From a plasmid: 64,000 nucleotides of DNA. The DNA is taken from sequence record NZ_CP028351.1, one strand, 5' to 3'. A program made the translations under genes and the position numbers. The notes under the pieces are model-generated. The model ran no database searches, had not been told where the DNA came from, and saw only the letters and a program-made list of their open reading frames with translations. Positions within the stretch are counted from its first letter, which is position 1. Every line of letters begins with the position of its first letter. This document shows, in pieces, positions 41,068-50,352 of this stretch.

Positions 41068-42285
41068 TTATGACGCTTCGCCGTTGCCGATCTGCCAGAT
41101 AAACGTCGGATCGTTGCCGTTTACCTCCCATTCACCCACATTGCGGATTTTGTAAATCACCGGGTTGTGTGATGACACCGTGCGGGCGTTGCGCCAGTGT
41201 CGGTCCAGCGCCTTGCTGACGCGGGTATCGGACGCGCCCAGCGCATTAAAGAACTCCGTGGCGGCTCGGGTTACTAACTCCACCGCGACCACCTGCGCCC
41301 GGGCAGACTCCACCTCTGCCTGAACGTTCGCCGCGTGAAGATCTGCTTCATTGGCACCGCTCAGTTGCAGTTCAAATGCCCGTTGCAGTGAGTGAGTCGC
41401 CCGATCAACGGCGGCTTCAGCGGCCCAGGTCCAGCTGCTGATCTGACCGACCACCTGCAGCACCTGCACATCCTGCTTAACCTGAGGCGCATTGCCGTGG
41501 CTGTAAATCCGTTTACGCTGCGCAACCCCCTGTGACGCATCACGCACTACGGCCCGGCCTATACCCGCCAGCGTGGCTAATAACACATGCTGATAAAATG
41601 CGGTCTGATAGCGAAAGCGCTCACTGAAATCATAAACGTGTGGCTGCTCCACACGGGCATGATGAAAGCGTGTGGTGCCACTGCCGGTCAGCCGCTGCCC
41701 GAAACCATCCCAGTCGTCATCACGTTCCACCTCATTCTGATGCGTGTTCACCAGCGCGATGACGTCGCGGCCGTTGTCCGTGCGCTGCGCATAGACATCA
41801 ATCCAGTCCGCATAGAGCGTGCCGGTGCTGTAAAACTTCTCACCGCTGATCCGCCATTCTCCCGCATCGGGTGAGACCTGGGTGTTGACCTCACCCAGCT
41901 TAACCGCCCCGATTTCACTCCAGCCACTGCCCACCAGCTCGCCATCCACAAAACGGCGGAACCAGCGCCGTCGATCCTCACTCTCCGGCTGGTTCAGACG
42001 GTCTTCGATAAAGGCGAAGTGCGCGCGCAGTGCCTGCGGCAGATTTGAATCCGCTTCGGCCAGCGTCGTCAGCAGGGAGAAGAGCTGCGGCAGCGAGACG
42101 CCGAAGCCGCCTTCTTCTTTGGGGATGCGCAGGGTGCCGAACCGCGCCTCTTTCAGCCAGCGGATCGGCTCATGCAGGAGAGTGCGATCAATTTCACGCG
42201 CGGCGGCGCCTTCAGCAATACGGTTAAAGAGTGGCCGGAACTGTTCGGTCAGCGCGGCAAATTCAGTACGGGTTAATTCAGACAT
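41068..42285 (-). CDS. SfnB/DszC-like sulfur-acquisition oxidoreductase (paralog 3)
   Basis: 405 aa from MSELTRTEF (AGGAG RBS). C-terminus LDRHWRNARTVSSHNPVIYKIRNVGEWEVNG. Confidence 0.75.
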   Translation of the reverse strand: MSELTRTEFAALTEQFRPLFNRIAEGAAAREIDRTLLHEPIRWLKEARFGTLRIPKEEGGFGVSLPQLFSLLTTLAEADSNLPQALRAHFAFIEDRLNQPESEDRRRWFRRFVDGELVGSGWSEIGAVKLGEVNTQVSPDAGEWRISGEKFYSTGTLYADWIDVYAQRTDNGRDVIALVNTHQNEVERDDDWDGFGQRLTGSGTTRFHHARVEQPHVYDFSERFRYQTAFYQHVLLATLAGIGRAVVRDASQGVAQRKRIYSHGNAPQVKQDVQVLQVVGQISSWTWAAEAAVDRATHSLQRAFELQLSGANEADLHAANVQAEVESARAQVVAVELVTRAATEFFNALGASDTRVSKALDRHWRNARTVSSHNPVIYKIRNVGEWEVNGNDPTFIWQIGNGEAS

Positions 42286-43738
42286 GATCTTCTCCTGTTG
42301 CAGGTTGTTCATCAATGTCCTGTCGGGTCGGTTCAAACCGGATAATCAACAGGAAAATAATCGGAATAAGGGCGGCGAGAGAGACGATCCAGAACATGTT
42401 GGTGCCATAACGGGCCTGCAAAATGGGCAGGATAAATAGCGCCAGTGCACTGCCGATACCAGAGAGCGAGCGACTGAAGCCAACACCGGTCGCGCGAATG
42501 TGGGTCGGATAGGAGAGCGCCGGATAGATCATCAACTGCGCGCCGGGACCGAACCCTTCGGCAAACAGCCAGAGTCCCAGCATCAGCACGGCAAACACCA
42601 CACCGGCAGTGGCCTGTGGATGACCGATCAGCGCCAGCGAGATCAGCGCGATAAATTGCAGGGCAAAACCCGCAATCGCCACATGCCTGGAAGGGAACTT
42701 CCATGCCAGTCGCATCCCCAGCAGGCCGCCGGTAAAGGCGAACAGTGCATTCAGCCCCAGTGAGGCGGAGATGGTTTCAAACACGCCCGCGCCCAGGAAT
42801 TGCGCCAGGATAGAGGGCAGGAAGAAAGCAATGGCGGTGTACTCAAATGCGATACAGACGTTCATTACTGCGCTGACGATCGTGCGTTCGAGGTAAGGCT
42901 TCTGAAACAGCACGCGGAAACTCACTTTCGGGGCCGCTTTCACGGTTTCGGTTTTTTCAGGCTGCTCTTCATGCGCAATAATGCCGTAGGAGTCGCGCAG
43001 GATACGAACTGCACCGCTCAGGTCTCCCTGATTGGCTGCCCACAGCGGTGACTCATTCATGAACTTGCGGCGCACCGCGATAATGAGCAGGGCCGGTACC
43101 GCGCCAAACAGCAGCGAGGCGCGCCATAACCAGTCGATGTGTTCAGCTGGCAGCAGGAAATAGAGCGCAAAAATAATAAAGAAGCAGGCAGATGATGCGG
43201 CATACCACATCGGGCACCAGGCCGCGAGGCGCGACGCTTTATTGCCTTTGCCGGAGAATTTAGAGAACTCCGCCAGGTAGGCCATGGCAACCGGCAGATC
43301 GATCCCGACCCCGATGCCCATCAGAAAACGCGCCCCAATCAACACCCAGACGTTGGGTGCGAGACCCGCCGCGATGGCAGAGACCACAAAGAACAGCATG
43401 TCCGCCATAAACACCGAGTAGCGGCCATATTTATCGGTGAGCCATCCGCCGACCAGATTGCCGACGATGGTGCCGATCATAATTGAAGAGGTCACCAGTC
43501 CGGTCAGTACCGGGGTTAAGCCAAACTCTTTCACCACATCGTCAATACCATAGGAGAGCGTGGTGAGATCGTAGGCGTCAAGAAATACACCGCCCAGCGC
43601 CAGGAACACAATCCAGCGGGCGTAGCTGTTTTTCTCCGTATTACTGTTGATTAGCCGGGCCACATCACTCACCGAACGAACCGGCGTGGAGTGAGGCGGC
43701 GGGGCGGTCAGGGTGTTGTCAATCTCTAATGTACTCAT
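42278..43738 (-). CDS. MFS transporter
   Basis: 486 aa from MSTLEI (GAGGA RBS). About 12 TM helices and MFS motifs (GWLTDKYGRY). The stop lies 4 nt before the sfnB3 start. Confidence 0.75.
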   Translation of the reverse strand: MSTLEIDNTLTAPPPHSTPVRSVSDVARLINSNTEKNSYARWIVFLALGGVFLDAYDLTTLSYGIDDVVKEFGLTPVLTGLVTSSIMIGTIVGNLVGGWLTDKYGRYSVFMADMLFFVVSAIAAGLAPNVWVLIGARFLMGIGVGIDLPVAMAYLAEFSKFSGKGNKASRLAAWCPMWYAASSACFFIIFALYFLLPAEHIDWLWRASLLFGAVPALLIIAVRRKFMNESPLWAANQGDLSGAVRILRDSYGIIAHEEQPEKTETVKAAPKVSFRVLFQKPYLERTIVSAVMNVCIAFEYTAIAFFLPSILAQFLGAGVFETISASLGLNALFAFTGGLLGMRLAWKFPSRHVAIAGFALQFIALISLALIGHPQATAGVVFAVLMLGLWLFAEGFGPGAQLMIYPALSYPTHIRATGVGFSRSLSGIGSALALFILPILQARYGTNMFWIVSLAALIPIIFLLIIRFEPTRQDIDEQPATGEDHV

Positions 43739-44001
43739 CATATCCTCGTTATTATATTCAGCAGGTAACGAGGTTTTTATAGGCATTTAAGGCATAGTTA
43801 ACAACCAACAAATAACGATAACTATTTCAATATATTCAATAAGTTAATCATTAAAAGATGACCACGACAGAAGCCGGATGAATAGCAGGATTCATCCGGT
43901 ACGAATTAAAGCATTTTTCTTTACCTGGCCTGAAACCGGCGCGCTTCTTTAGTCGTTAATAAATCTGTAAAGCGATGACTGAGACTATTAACCGGCAGAT
44001 T

Positions 44002-45414
44002 TCATCCTGATATTTCAGCGCTATATATCTGCGTTTCTGCGTCAGCATGGCGGCGGTAACCGGCACCCGGATGTGGCAACGCCAGCCGCGGTCCCTTTCC
44101 GAACAACTTTTCACGCAGCGTGCCGGGCTGATAGTTCTGCTTGTAGACGCCGCGCTTTTGCAGTTCCGGCACCAGCAGTTCCACCACGTCAGTGAAGGTT
44201 TCATGCGTCACAGCGTAGGCGAGGTTAAATCCGTCAACGTCGGTCTCTTCAACCCAGCTCTGCAGTTCATCCGCTACGGTTTCGGCGCTGCCCACCAGCA
44301 ACGGGCCAAAACCGCCAATGCCCACCCAGTCAGCCAGCCCCTGCACCGTCCACTGACGAGTGGGATCGGCGGTGGAGAAGGTCTCGACCGCCGACTGAAT
44401 GGCGTTGGTATGCAGATGCTTCAGTACCTGATCCGGCTGATACTGCCCGAAATCGATACCGGTCCAGCCCGAGATGAGCGCCAGCGCGCCTTCGTAACTG
44501 ACATAGCTTTTGTACTCCTGCCATTTCGCCTGCGCCGCCAGGTCGGTTTCACCCACAATCACCGTCTGCAGATTGAAGATCAGGATGGAACGCGGGTCAC
44601 GTCCCGCCTCAGCGGCCCTGCGGCGAATATCTGCCACAGTTTTCTTCAGCAGTACTTTCGACGGTGCCGCGACAAATACACATTCAGCATGCTCCGCTGC
44701 AAAGGCCTTACCGCGGCTGGAGGCACCGGCCTGGTATAGCACCGGCGTGCGCTGCGGTGACGGCTCGCAAAGATGAATACCCGGCACCTGGAAAAACGTT
44801 CCCTGATGGTTAATCGGATGGATTTTGTTGGGGTCGCTGAATATATGACGTTCACGATCGCGCAGGACAGCGTCGTCTTCCCAGCTTCCCTCCAGCAGCT
44901 TATAGATAACCTGCAGATACTCATCGGCGTAGTCGTAGCGCGCATCGTGATCGGTCTGAGCCTGATGCCCGATATTGCGTGCGCCACTTTCCAGGTAGGA
45001 GGTGACAATATTCCAGCCAATACGGCCTTTGGTCAGATGATCCAGGGTCGAGATCCGCCGCGCAAACGGGTAGGGGTGTTCAAACGACAGCGAGGCGGTC
45101 AGGCCAAAGCCCAGGTGTTCCGTCACCATGGCCATCGGCGTGATTAACGCCAGCGGATCGTTTACCGGTACCTGTGTAGCCTGACGGATGGCGGCATGGT
45201 TATTACCGTTGAGCACGTCATAGACACCCAGCACATCAGCAATAAACAGCCCATCAAATTTACCGCGTTCCAGCAGGCGCGCTAAATCGGTCCAGTACGC
45301 CAGATCTTTATACTGCCATGAGCGGTCACGCGGATGCGCCCACAAGCCGGGTGACTGATGACCAACACAGTTCATATCGAAAGCATTCAGGCGAATTTCA
45401 CGTTGCGATGACAT
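44002..45414 (-). CDS. LLM-class flavin-dependent monooxygenase, NtaA/SnaA/DszA family (second copy)
   Basis: 470 aa from MSSQREIRLNAFDMNCVGHQSPGLWAHPRDRS (AGGAG RBS). Paralog of 37104..38453. Confidence 0.8.
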   Translation of the reverse strand: MSSQREIRLNAFDMNCVGHQSPGLWAHPRDRSWQYKDLAYWTDLARLLERGKFDGLFIADVLGVYDVLNGNNHAAIRQATQVPVNDPLALITPMAMVTEHLGFGLTASLSFEHPYPFARRISTLDHLTKGRIGWNIVTSYLESGARNIGHQAQTDHDARYDYADEYLQVIYKLLEGSWEDDAVLRDRERHIFSDPNKIHPINHQGTFFQVPGIHLCEPSPQRTPVLYQAGASSRGKAFAAEHAECVFVAAPSKVLLKKTVADIRRRAAEAGRDPRSILIFNLQTVIVGETDLAAQAKWQEYKSYVSYEGALALISGWTGIDFGQYQPDQVLKHLHTNAIQSAVETFSTADPTRQWTVQGLADWVGIGGFGPLLVGSAETVADELQSWVEETDVDGFNLAYAVTHETFTDVVELLVPELQKRGVYKQNYQPGTLREKLFGKGPRLALPHPGAGYRRHADAETQIYSAEISG

Positions 45415-45482
45415 AGCGACTCCTGAGCGGATGCGGCAATCGCTTGCCGCCCACCTTTTAATATGTGTTTTATAAGGAAGAT

Positions 45483-46895
45483 TCAGTAAGTGAGTGAGCC
45501 GGGACATCGCTCGCTGACAGGCAGGGATAGGGCATTCAGCAGTTGCCGTGCAACAGACTCGGCATGTTCCGCCACCTGCGGTAATCCCATCAGCTCGCCA
45601 AAGCGACCCCGTGCGGCAGGCCCGGCAACATACAGTCCGGGATTCGCTTCATCGTTCACATTCAGCGTCTGAGACAGTGCATTAACCTGGATCCCCAGCG
45701 CCAGCGGGTCAGGCTGGATAACGCCATCGCCATGGAGCTGACGCAGCAGCGCATTGCTGTTAAGCAGCGCGTTGTGTGCAGGGCCGGTGGTGACAATAAC
45801 TTTCTCCACCTCCAGCCTGTGCGATTGCGCGCCACGCAGGCGCAGCGTTAGCCGGAGCGTTGCGCCATCCGATTCAGCGGCGATAAGGCGCGCCGCCAGC
45901 AGAGTCAGCTGACCGCTGGCCTGCTGTTGGCTGAGGATCTGGCTAACCTGCGGCGCAATCCGGTAGCGATGAACATCCCACCAGGGGCGCAGATGATGCA
46001 GAAAGCGCTGCTGCTCATGCAGCGACAGACTCTGCCAGATGCGCTGACCGTTACGGCGGATATCATCCAGCACCAGCTGCCAGGGCAGATTCAGCGCCGC
46101 CGCCTGTTTAACCTCCTGTCGCACACGATGTAGCCAGCCGCGCGCGGTGGCGGATTGCGGCTGACTGTAATCCAGAGCGTAGGTCTCATTGTTGCCACTC
46201 AGGTTGGCACGCGGCAGCTGGCCACGACGTGAGAAGACGGTAATCTTTCCACGGTGCTGCTGACGATGCAGCGACGCCACCATATCGGACATGGTCAGCC
46301 CTGAACCGATAATCGCCACCCGATCGTCAGGGACGACCTGCGCCAGCGCGTCGCGCTGCCAGGGATTGGCAATCAAACCCGGATGGCCCTGTAGCGGCCT
46401 CAGCAGAGCAGGCAGATCCGGCGGGGGATGGCTGGTCGCCAGCACCACCTGATCGGCATGAATCTGCTGCCCGGAGGCCGTGGTCACCACGCCATTCTTA
46501 AAGGCAACCGCACTGTCACGCAGATGGCTCAGTTTCACCGGTGAGTGCTGCTGCTGATGAACAAACTGCGCATTGACCCAGCGTCCGAACTCACCGCGTT
46601 GCGGGTAGACGTTGCCGTCATGCCACAGCGCTTCCGGATCGGCCCTGAAGTCGGCAGAGGCGCGATAGTCGCGATCGAAAACACCCTCTTCATCACCGGC
46701 GAGCTGCATTCTGCCGGCCGGCACATTAATGCGGTGGGCCGGATCGGTGGTACCGTATGCCACGCCCTGCGCCAGCTGTGCGCGAGGTTCAATCACCGTC
46801 ACCTGTAATCCCGCCTGGCCAGCGCGGGCCAGATGGATCGCCAGCGCAGTGCCGGTGAACCCGCCGCCGATAATGACAATCTGCTGTTGTGACAT
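45483..46895 (-). CDS. FAD/NAD(P)-binding oxidoreductase (YdhS-like)
   Basis: 470 aa from MSQQQIVIIGGGFTGTALA, a Rossmann GxGxxG dinucleotide-binding N-terminus. Confidence 0.65.
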   Translation of the reverse strand: MSQQQIVIIGGGFTGTALAIHLARAGQAGLQVTVIEPRAQLAQGVAYGTTDPAHRINVPAGRMQLAGDEEGVFDRDYRASADFRADPEALWHDGNVYPQRGEFGRWVNAQFVHQQQHSPVKLSHLRDSAVAFKNGVVTTASGQQIHADQVVLATSHPPPDLPALLRPLQGHPGLIANPWQRDALAQVVPDDRVAIIGSGLTMSDMVASLHRQQHRGKITVFSRRGQLPRANLSGNNETYALDYSQPQSATARGWLHRVRQEVKQAAALNLPWQLVLDDIRRNGQRIWQSLSLHEQQRFLHHLRPWWDVHRYRIAPQVSQILSQQQASGQLTLLAARLIAAESDGATLRLTLRLRGAQSHRLEVEKVIVTTGPAHNALLNSNALLRQLHGDGVIQPDPLALGIQVNALSQTLNVNDEANPGLYVAGPAARGRFGELMGLPQVAEHAESVARQLLNALSLPVSERCPGSLTY

Positions 46896-46920
46896 AAGCG
46901 AGCCTTTTTCTGTTAACTGA

Positions 46921-48093
46921 CTAGCTGGCGCTGGCCTGTTTAGCCGGGCGACGGTCGCCGCCGATGGTTTCACCAAACGGACCTGTATTGACGCTGCGCT
47001 GTTTCTTTTCGGCGTTGGCGGCCAGCGGCAACAACGGCATTACCAGCTCCGCAAAGCGGTGTGCCTCTTCAAGATGCGGATAGCCGGAGAAGATAAAGTT
47101 CTCAATGCCCAGTGCCTGATACTCCCGGATGCGATCGGCAACCTGCTGCGGATTGCCGACCAGCGCAGTCCCTGCACCGCCGCGCACCAGGCCAACGCCC
47201 GCCCAGAGATTGGGACCGATGCGCAGGCTCTCACGCGACCCCTGATGCAGGGCACTCATCCGCGCCTGACCGGCGGAGTCCATGCGGGCAAAGATTTTCT
47301 GCGCGGCGGCGATAGTCTCTTCATCCAGATGAGAAATCAGCCGATCGGCCGCCGCCCAGGCTTCCTCTTCCGTTTCACGTACAATGACATGTAAGCGGAT
47401 GCCATAAGAGAGCGTGCGGCCATTCTCCTGTGCTCGCTGACGAACCACCGCCAGCTTCTCCGCGACCTGTTCAACCGGCTCGCCCCACGTCAGATAGGTG
47501 TCGATCTGATTCGCCGCAACGTCGATAGCAGCCTCAGATGAGCCACCGAAATAGAGTGGCGGACCGTCTTCCTGAACCGGCGGGAAGAGGATCTCGGCAC
47601 CTTCCACGCGAATATGTTCGCCTTCAAAGTCTACCTTCTCGCCTTTCAGCAGGCGGGAGTAAACCTCAAGAAATTCTTTGGTCACCTGATAGCGCTCTTC
47701 ATGACTCAGGAAGATGCCGTCACCTTTGTTCTCTACCGGATCACCACCCGTGACCACGTTGATCAGCAACCGGCCGCCGGAGAGACGGTCCAGCGTCGCC
47801 GCCATCCGCGCCGCCAGGCTGGGCGGTTGCAGGCCGGGACGCACGGCCACTAAATAGCGCAGCTTTTTGGTGATCGGTGCCAGTGCCGAGGCGACCAGCC
47901 ATGAATCCTCGCAGCTTTTACCGGTCGGGATTAACACACCGTAGTAGCCCAGATTATCTGCCGCCAGCGCAACCTGCTGTAAATAGTGTAAATCGACTGC
48001 TCTGCCGCCTTCGGTGGTACCCAGATAGCGCCCGTCGCCGTGGGTAGGCAGAAACCAGAAGAGGTTGAGGTTTTCCTGTGTCGCATGACTCAT
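46921..48093 (-). CDS. ssuD: Alkanesulfonate monooxygenase-like LLM (SsuD family)
   Basis: 390 aa. Colinear with recalled E. coli SsuD: [114 protein letters not shown]. Confidence 0.85.
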   Translation of the reverse strand: MSHATQENLNLFWFLPTHGDGRYLGTTEGGRAVDLHYLQQVALAADNLGYYGVLIPTGKSCEDSWLVASALAPITKKLRYLVAVRPGLQPPSLAARMAATLDRLSGGRLLINVVTGGDPVENKGDGIFLSHEERYQVTKEFLEVYSRLLKGEKVDFEGEHIRVEGAEILFPPVQEDGPPLYFGGSSEAAIDVAANQIDTYLTWGEPVEQVAEKLAVVRQRAQENGRTLSYGIRLHVIVRETEEEAWAAADRLISHLDEETIAAAQKIFARMDSAGQARMSALHQGSRESLRIGPNLWAGVGLVRGGAGTALVGNPQQVADRIREYQALGIENFIFSGYPHLEEAHRFAELVMPLLPLAANAEKKQRSVNTGPFGETIGGDRRPAKQASAS

Positions 48094-48162
48094 TAGCAGA
48101 TTCCTTTATAACGATATTAAAATTTATCACATAGGGTTAATCCCTTTTGTTATATAGCCTCT

Positions 48163-48179
48163 AGCAGGATGCGTGCCAC
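48163..48179 (-). promoter_or_regulatory. Sigma-54 (-24/-12) promoter for the ssuD-like operon
   Basis: Minus strand reads GTGGCACG-CATC-CTGCT, against the consensus TGGCACG-N4-TTGCW. GG and GC are correctly spaced. The predicted TSS is about 55-60 nt before the ssuD-like ATG. Confidence 0.6.
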
Positions 48180-48241
48180 TGCGATGAAATATTTTTATTA
48201 TCAAAATTCAATAACTTATCGTTTTTGTGGCAGACGCTAAT

Positions 48242-48289
48242 CTGCTGCATTCGCAACAGGCATAGTTGCATCCTGCTGCATTGGCAACA
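48242..48289. repeat. Tandem 17-bp direct repeats (candidate enhancer-binding sites) between the sigma-54 promoter and the activator gene
   Basis: CTGCTGCATTCGCAACA (48242-48258) and CTGCTGCATTGGCAACA (48273-48289) sit 31 bp apart. Each embeds TTGC/GCAA half-palindromes (GCAAC-N7-GTTGC). They lie about 75-125 bp upstream of the sigma-54 -24 element. Confidence 0.4.
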
Positions 48290-48367
48290 ATCTGACTCGT
48301 TCCGCCTCTCGTTTCGGCGTTAGCGGCGCGGTATGGTCATGGTTTTCCCGTTCATCCGGTAAATGAG

Positions 48368-50257
48368 ATGCAGATATCCAGTCCTGAGTTAATTGACCCC
48401 GCATCGCGCGCCTTTAAAAGCGTGCTGGATCAGCTCGCGCCCACCGATGCGACGGTACTGATCATCGGTGAAACCGGCACCGGCAAAGAGGTGATGGCGC
48501 GCTATCTGCATCACCATAGCGCCCGCAGCCGGCAGCCTTTTCTGGCGGTTAACTGCGGCGCACTTACTGAGAGCCTGGCGGAGTCGGAGCTGTTTGGTCA
48601 TGAGAAGGGTGCCTTTACCGGCGCACAGGACAGGCATCGTGGCTGGTTTGAGGCGGCAGAGGGCGGCACGCTGCTGCTGGATGAGATTGGTGAGCTAAGC
48701 CCGTCGCTGCAGGTGAAGCTGCTACGCGTGTTGCAGGAGCGTGAGATTACCCGCGTCGGATCGTCCAGGCCGGTAAAAGTCAATGTGCGGGTCATTGCCG
48801 CGACCAACCGGGATCTGGCGGTGGCTATCCGTGAACGGCGATTCCGCGAAGATCTCTACTACCGGCTGAATGTGGCCAGCGTCACACTGCCGCCGCTGCG
48901 CCAGCGCTGCGAAGATATTCCGGTGCTGGCCAGTCACTTCCTGCAGATCTATGCGCGCCGTCTTGGTCGTCCTCAGCTGCGCCTCAGTGATGAAGCCATG
49001 ACAGTGCTGATGAACTACAGCTGGCCGGGCAACATCCGTGAACTGGAGAACACGCTGCACAACGCCGTGCTGCTCAGCAAAACCTCACTGGTCACGCCGC
49101 AGCAGCTGCGGCTAAGCCCTCTTGCGGGGAGCGACCTGCCGCAGGGAGAGGAGGCGCTTGATCAGTTTTTACGCCAGCAGATGCAGCAGAGTGATACACC
49201 GCTCTATCCCCGGGTAATTGCTGCGCTGGTGAAAAATGCGCTGGAACTCACCCAGGGTAATCAGTTACAGGCGGCCGCGCTGCTGGGTATCAGCCGACAT
49301 ACATTGCGCACACAGCTGGGACATCTGGGGGTGATTAAACCGCGCCGCGGTTCAGTGCGTCAGCGCGACATATCGACTGGTCAGCAGCCTGAGCGGGAGC
49401 GGGAACTGCGTATTGGTTATCAGAAATTTGGCAACCTTGGCATTCTGAAAGCCCGCCAGTCGCTGGAGCAGCAGCTGGCCGGGCAGGGTGTCAGCGTCAT
49501 GTGGAGTGAATTTCCTGCGGGTCCGCAGCTTCTGCATGCACTGAGCAATAAGGAGATCGATTTCGGGACCACCGGTGAAGTTCCCCCCTTGTTTGCGCAG
49601 GCCAGCAACAGTCCCATGGTCTATGTTGCCTGGGAACCTGCCGCCCCGCAAAGCGTGGCGCTGCTGGTGCCTAACAGCAGCCCGGTTAAGCAGATTGGCG
49701 ATCTCAGAGGCAAACGTATTGCCGTGAATCGCGGCTCCAACGTTCACTATCTGTTGTTGCAGATTCTGGATGAGGCGGGTTTAGCGCTGGATGATGTGCG
49801 CATTGTCTATGCCCCGCCTAAATATCCGCTGACGCCCAGCGATCTCAACGCGGTGGATGCCTGGATGATGTGGGATCCGTTACTCAGCGATGCGGAGAAC
49901 AGCGGAGAGTTCAGGGTGATTGCGGATGGCACAGGCCGGGTCAATAACCATCAGTTTTACCTGGCTGAGCGCGGATTTTCGACGCACTCTGGCGATCTGT
50001 TACAGGTTCTGCTTAGCGCACTGGGGCAGACCGGCCGCTACATTGATGCGCATCGTGCTGAAGCTGCCGGGCTGCTCTCAACGGAACTCGGCATCTCTGC
50101 AACCTCACTGATGCACGCCTTAGCCCGGCGCAGCCATCAGACCCAAAGAATGAACCTGGCCATCATCCGGGAACAGCAGACTATCGCCGACCGCTTCTAT
50201 GCGCTGGGGTTATTCAGTCGCGCTATTCGCGTACGCGAGTCGGTCTGGCATCCATAG
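48368..50257 (+). CDS. Sigma-54-dependent transcriptional activator (SfnR-like AAA+ and Fis-HTH, no N-terminal sensor) fused to a C-terminal SsuA/TauA-like solute-binding domain
   Basis: 629 aa. Residues 1-~250 are the sigma54-interaction AAA+ domain (GETGTGKEV, ESELFGHEKGAFTGA). The HTH is QAAALLGISRHTLRTQLGHLG. After a ~30-aa linker the last ~290 aa (from LRIGYQKFGNLGILKARQ...) are clearly paralogous to the adjacent periplasmic SsuA-like protein (compare VNIGFQKANIFALLKYRG / EFPAGPQ / DLKGKRVA / GSDVNYLL / VDAW.IWDP) but carry no signal peptide. Confidence 0.8.
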   Translation: MQISSPELIDPASRAFKSVLDQLAPTDATVLIIGETGTGKEVMARYLHHHSARSRQPFLAVNCGALTESLAESELFGHEKGAFTGAQDRHRGWFEAAEGGTLLLDEIGELSPSLQVKLLRVLQEREITRVGSSRPVKVNVRVIAATNRDLAVAIRERRFREDLYYRLNVASVTLPPLRQRCEDIPVLASHFLQIYARRLGRPQLRLSDEAMTVLMNYSWPGNIRELENTLHNAVLLSKTSLVTPQQLRLSPLAGSDLPQGEEALDQFLRQQMQQSDTPLYPRVIAALVKNALELTQGNQLQAAALLGISRHTLRTQLGHLGVIKPRRGSVRQRDISTGQQPERERELRIGYQKFGNLGILKARQSLEQQLAGQGVSVMWSEFPAGPQLLHALSNKEIDFGTTGEVPPLFAQASNSPMVYVAWEPAAPQSVALLVPNSSPVKQIGDLRGKRIAVNRGSNVHYLLLQILDEAGLALDDVRIVYAPPKYPLTPSDLNAVDAWMMWDPLLSDAENSGEFRVIADGTGRVNNHQFYLAERGFSTHSGDLLQVLLSALGQTGRYIDAHRAEAAGLLSTELGISATSLMHALARRSHQTQRMNLAIIREQQTIADRFYALGLFSRAIRVRESVWHP

Positions 50258-50352
50258 CGTTTTTTTAGCTAAGCATCGAACATTTCATCGCTAAGCGCTT
50301 CAAGCCGCGTTTGTTATGTTGCGCAGACAACAACCAGACTCAGGAACGAGAG

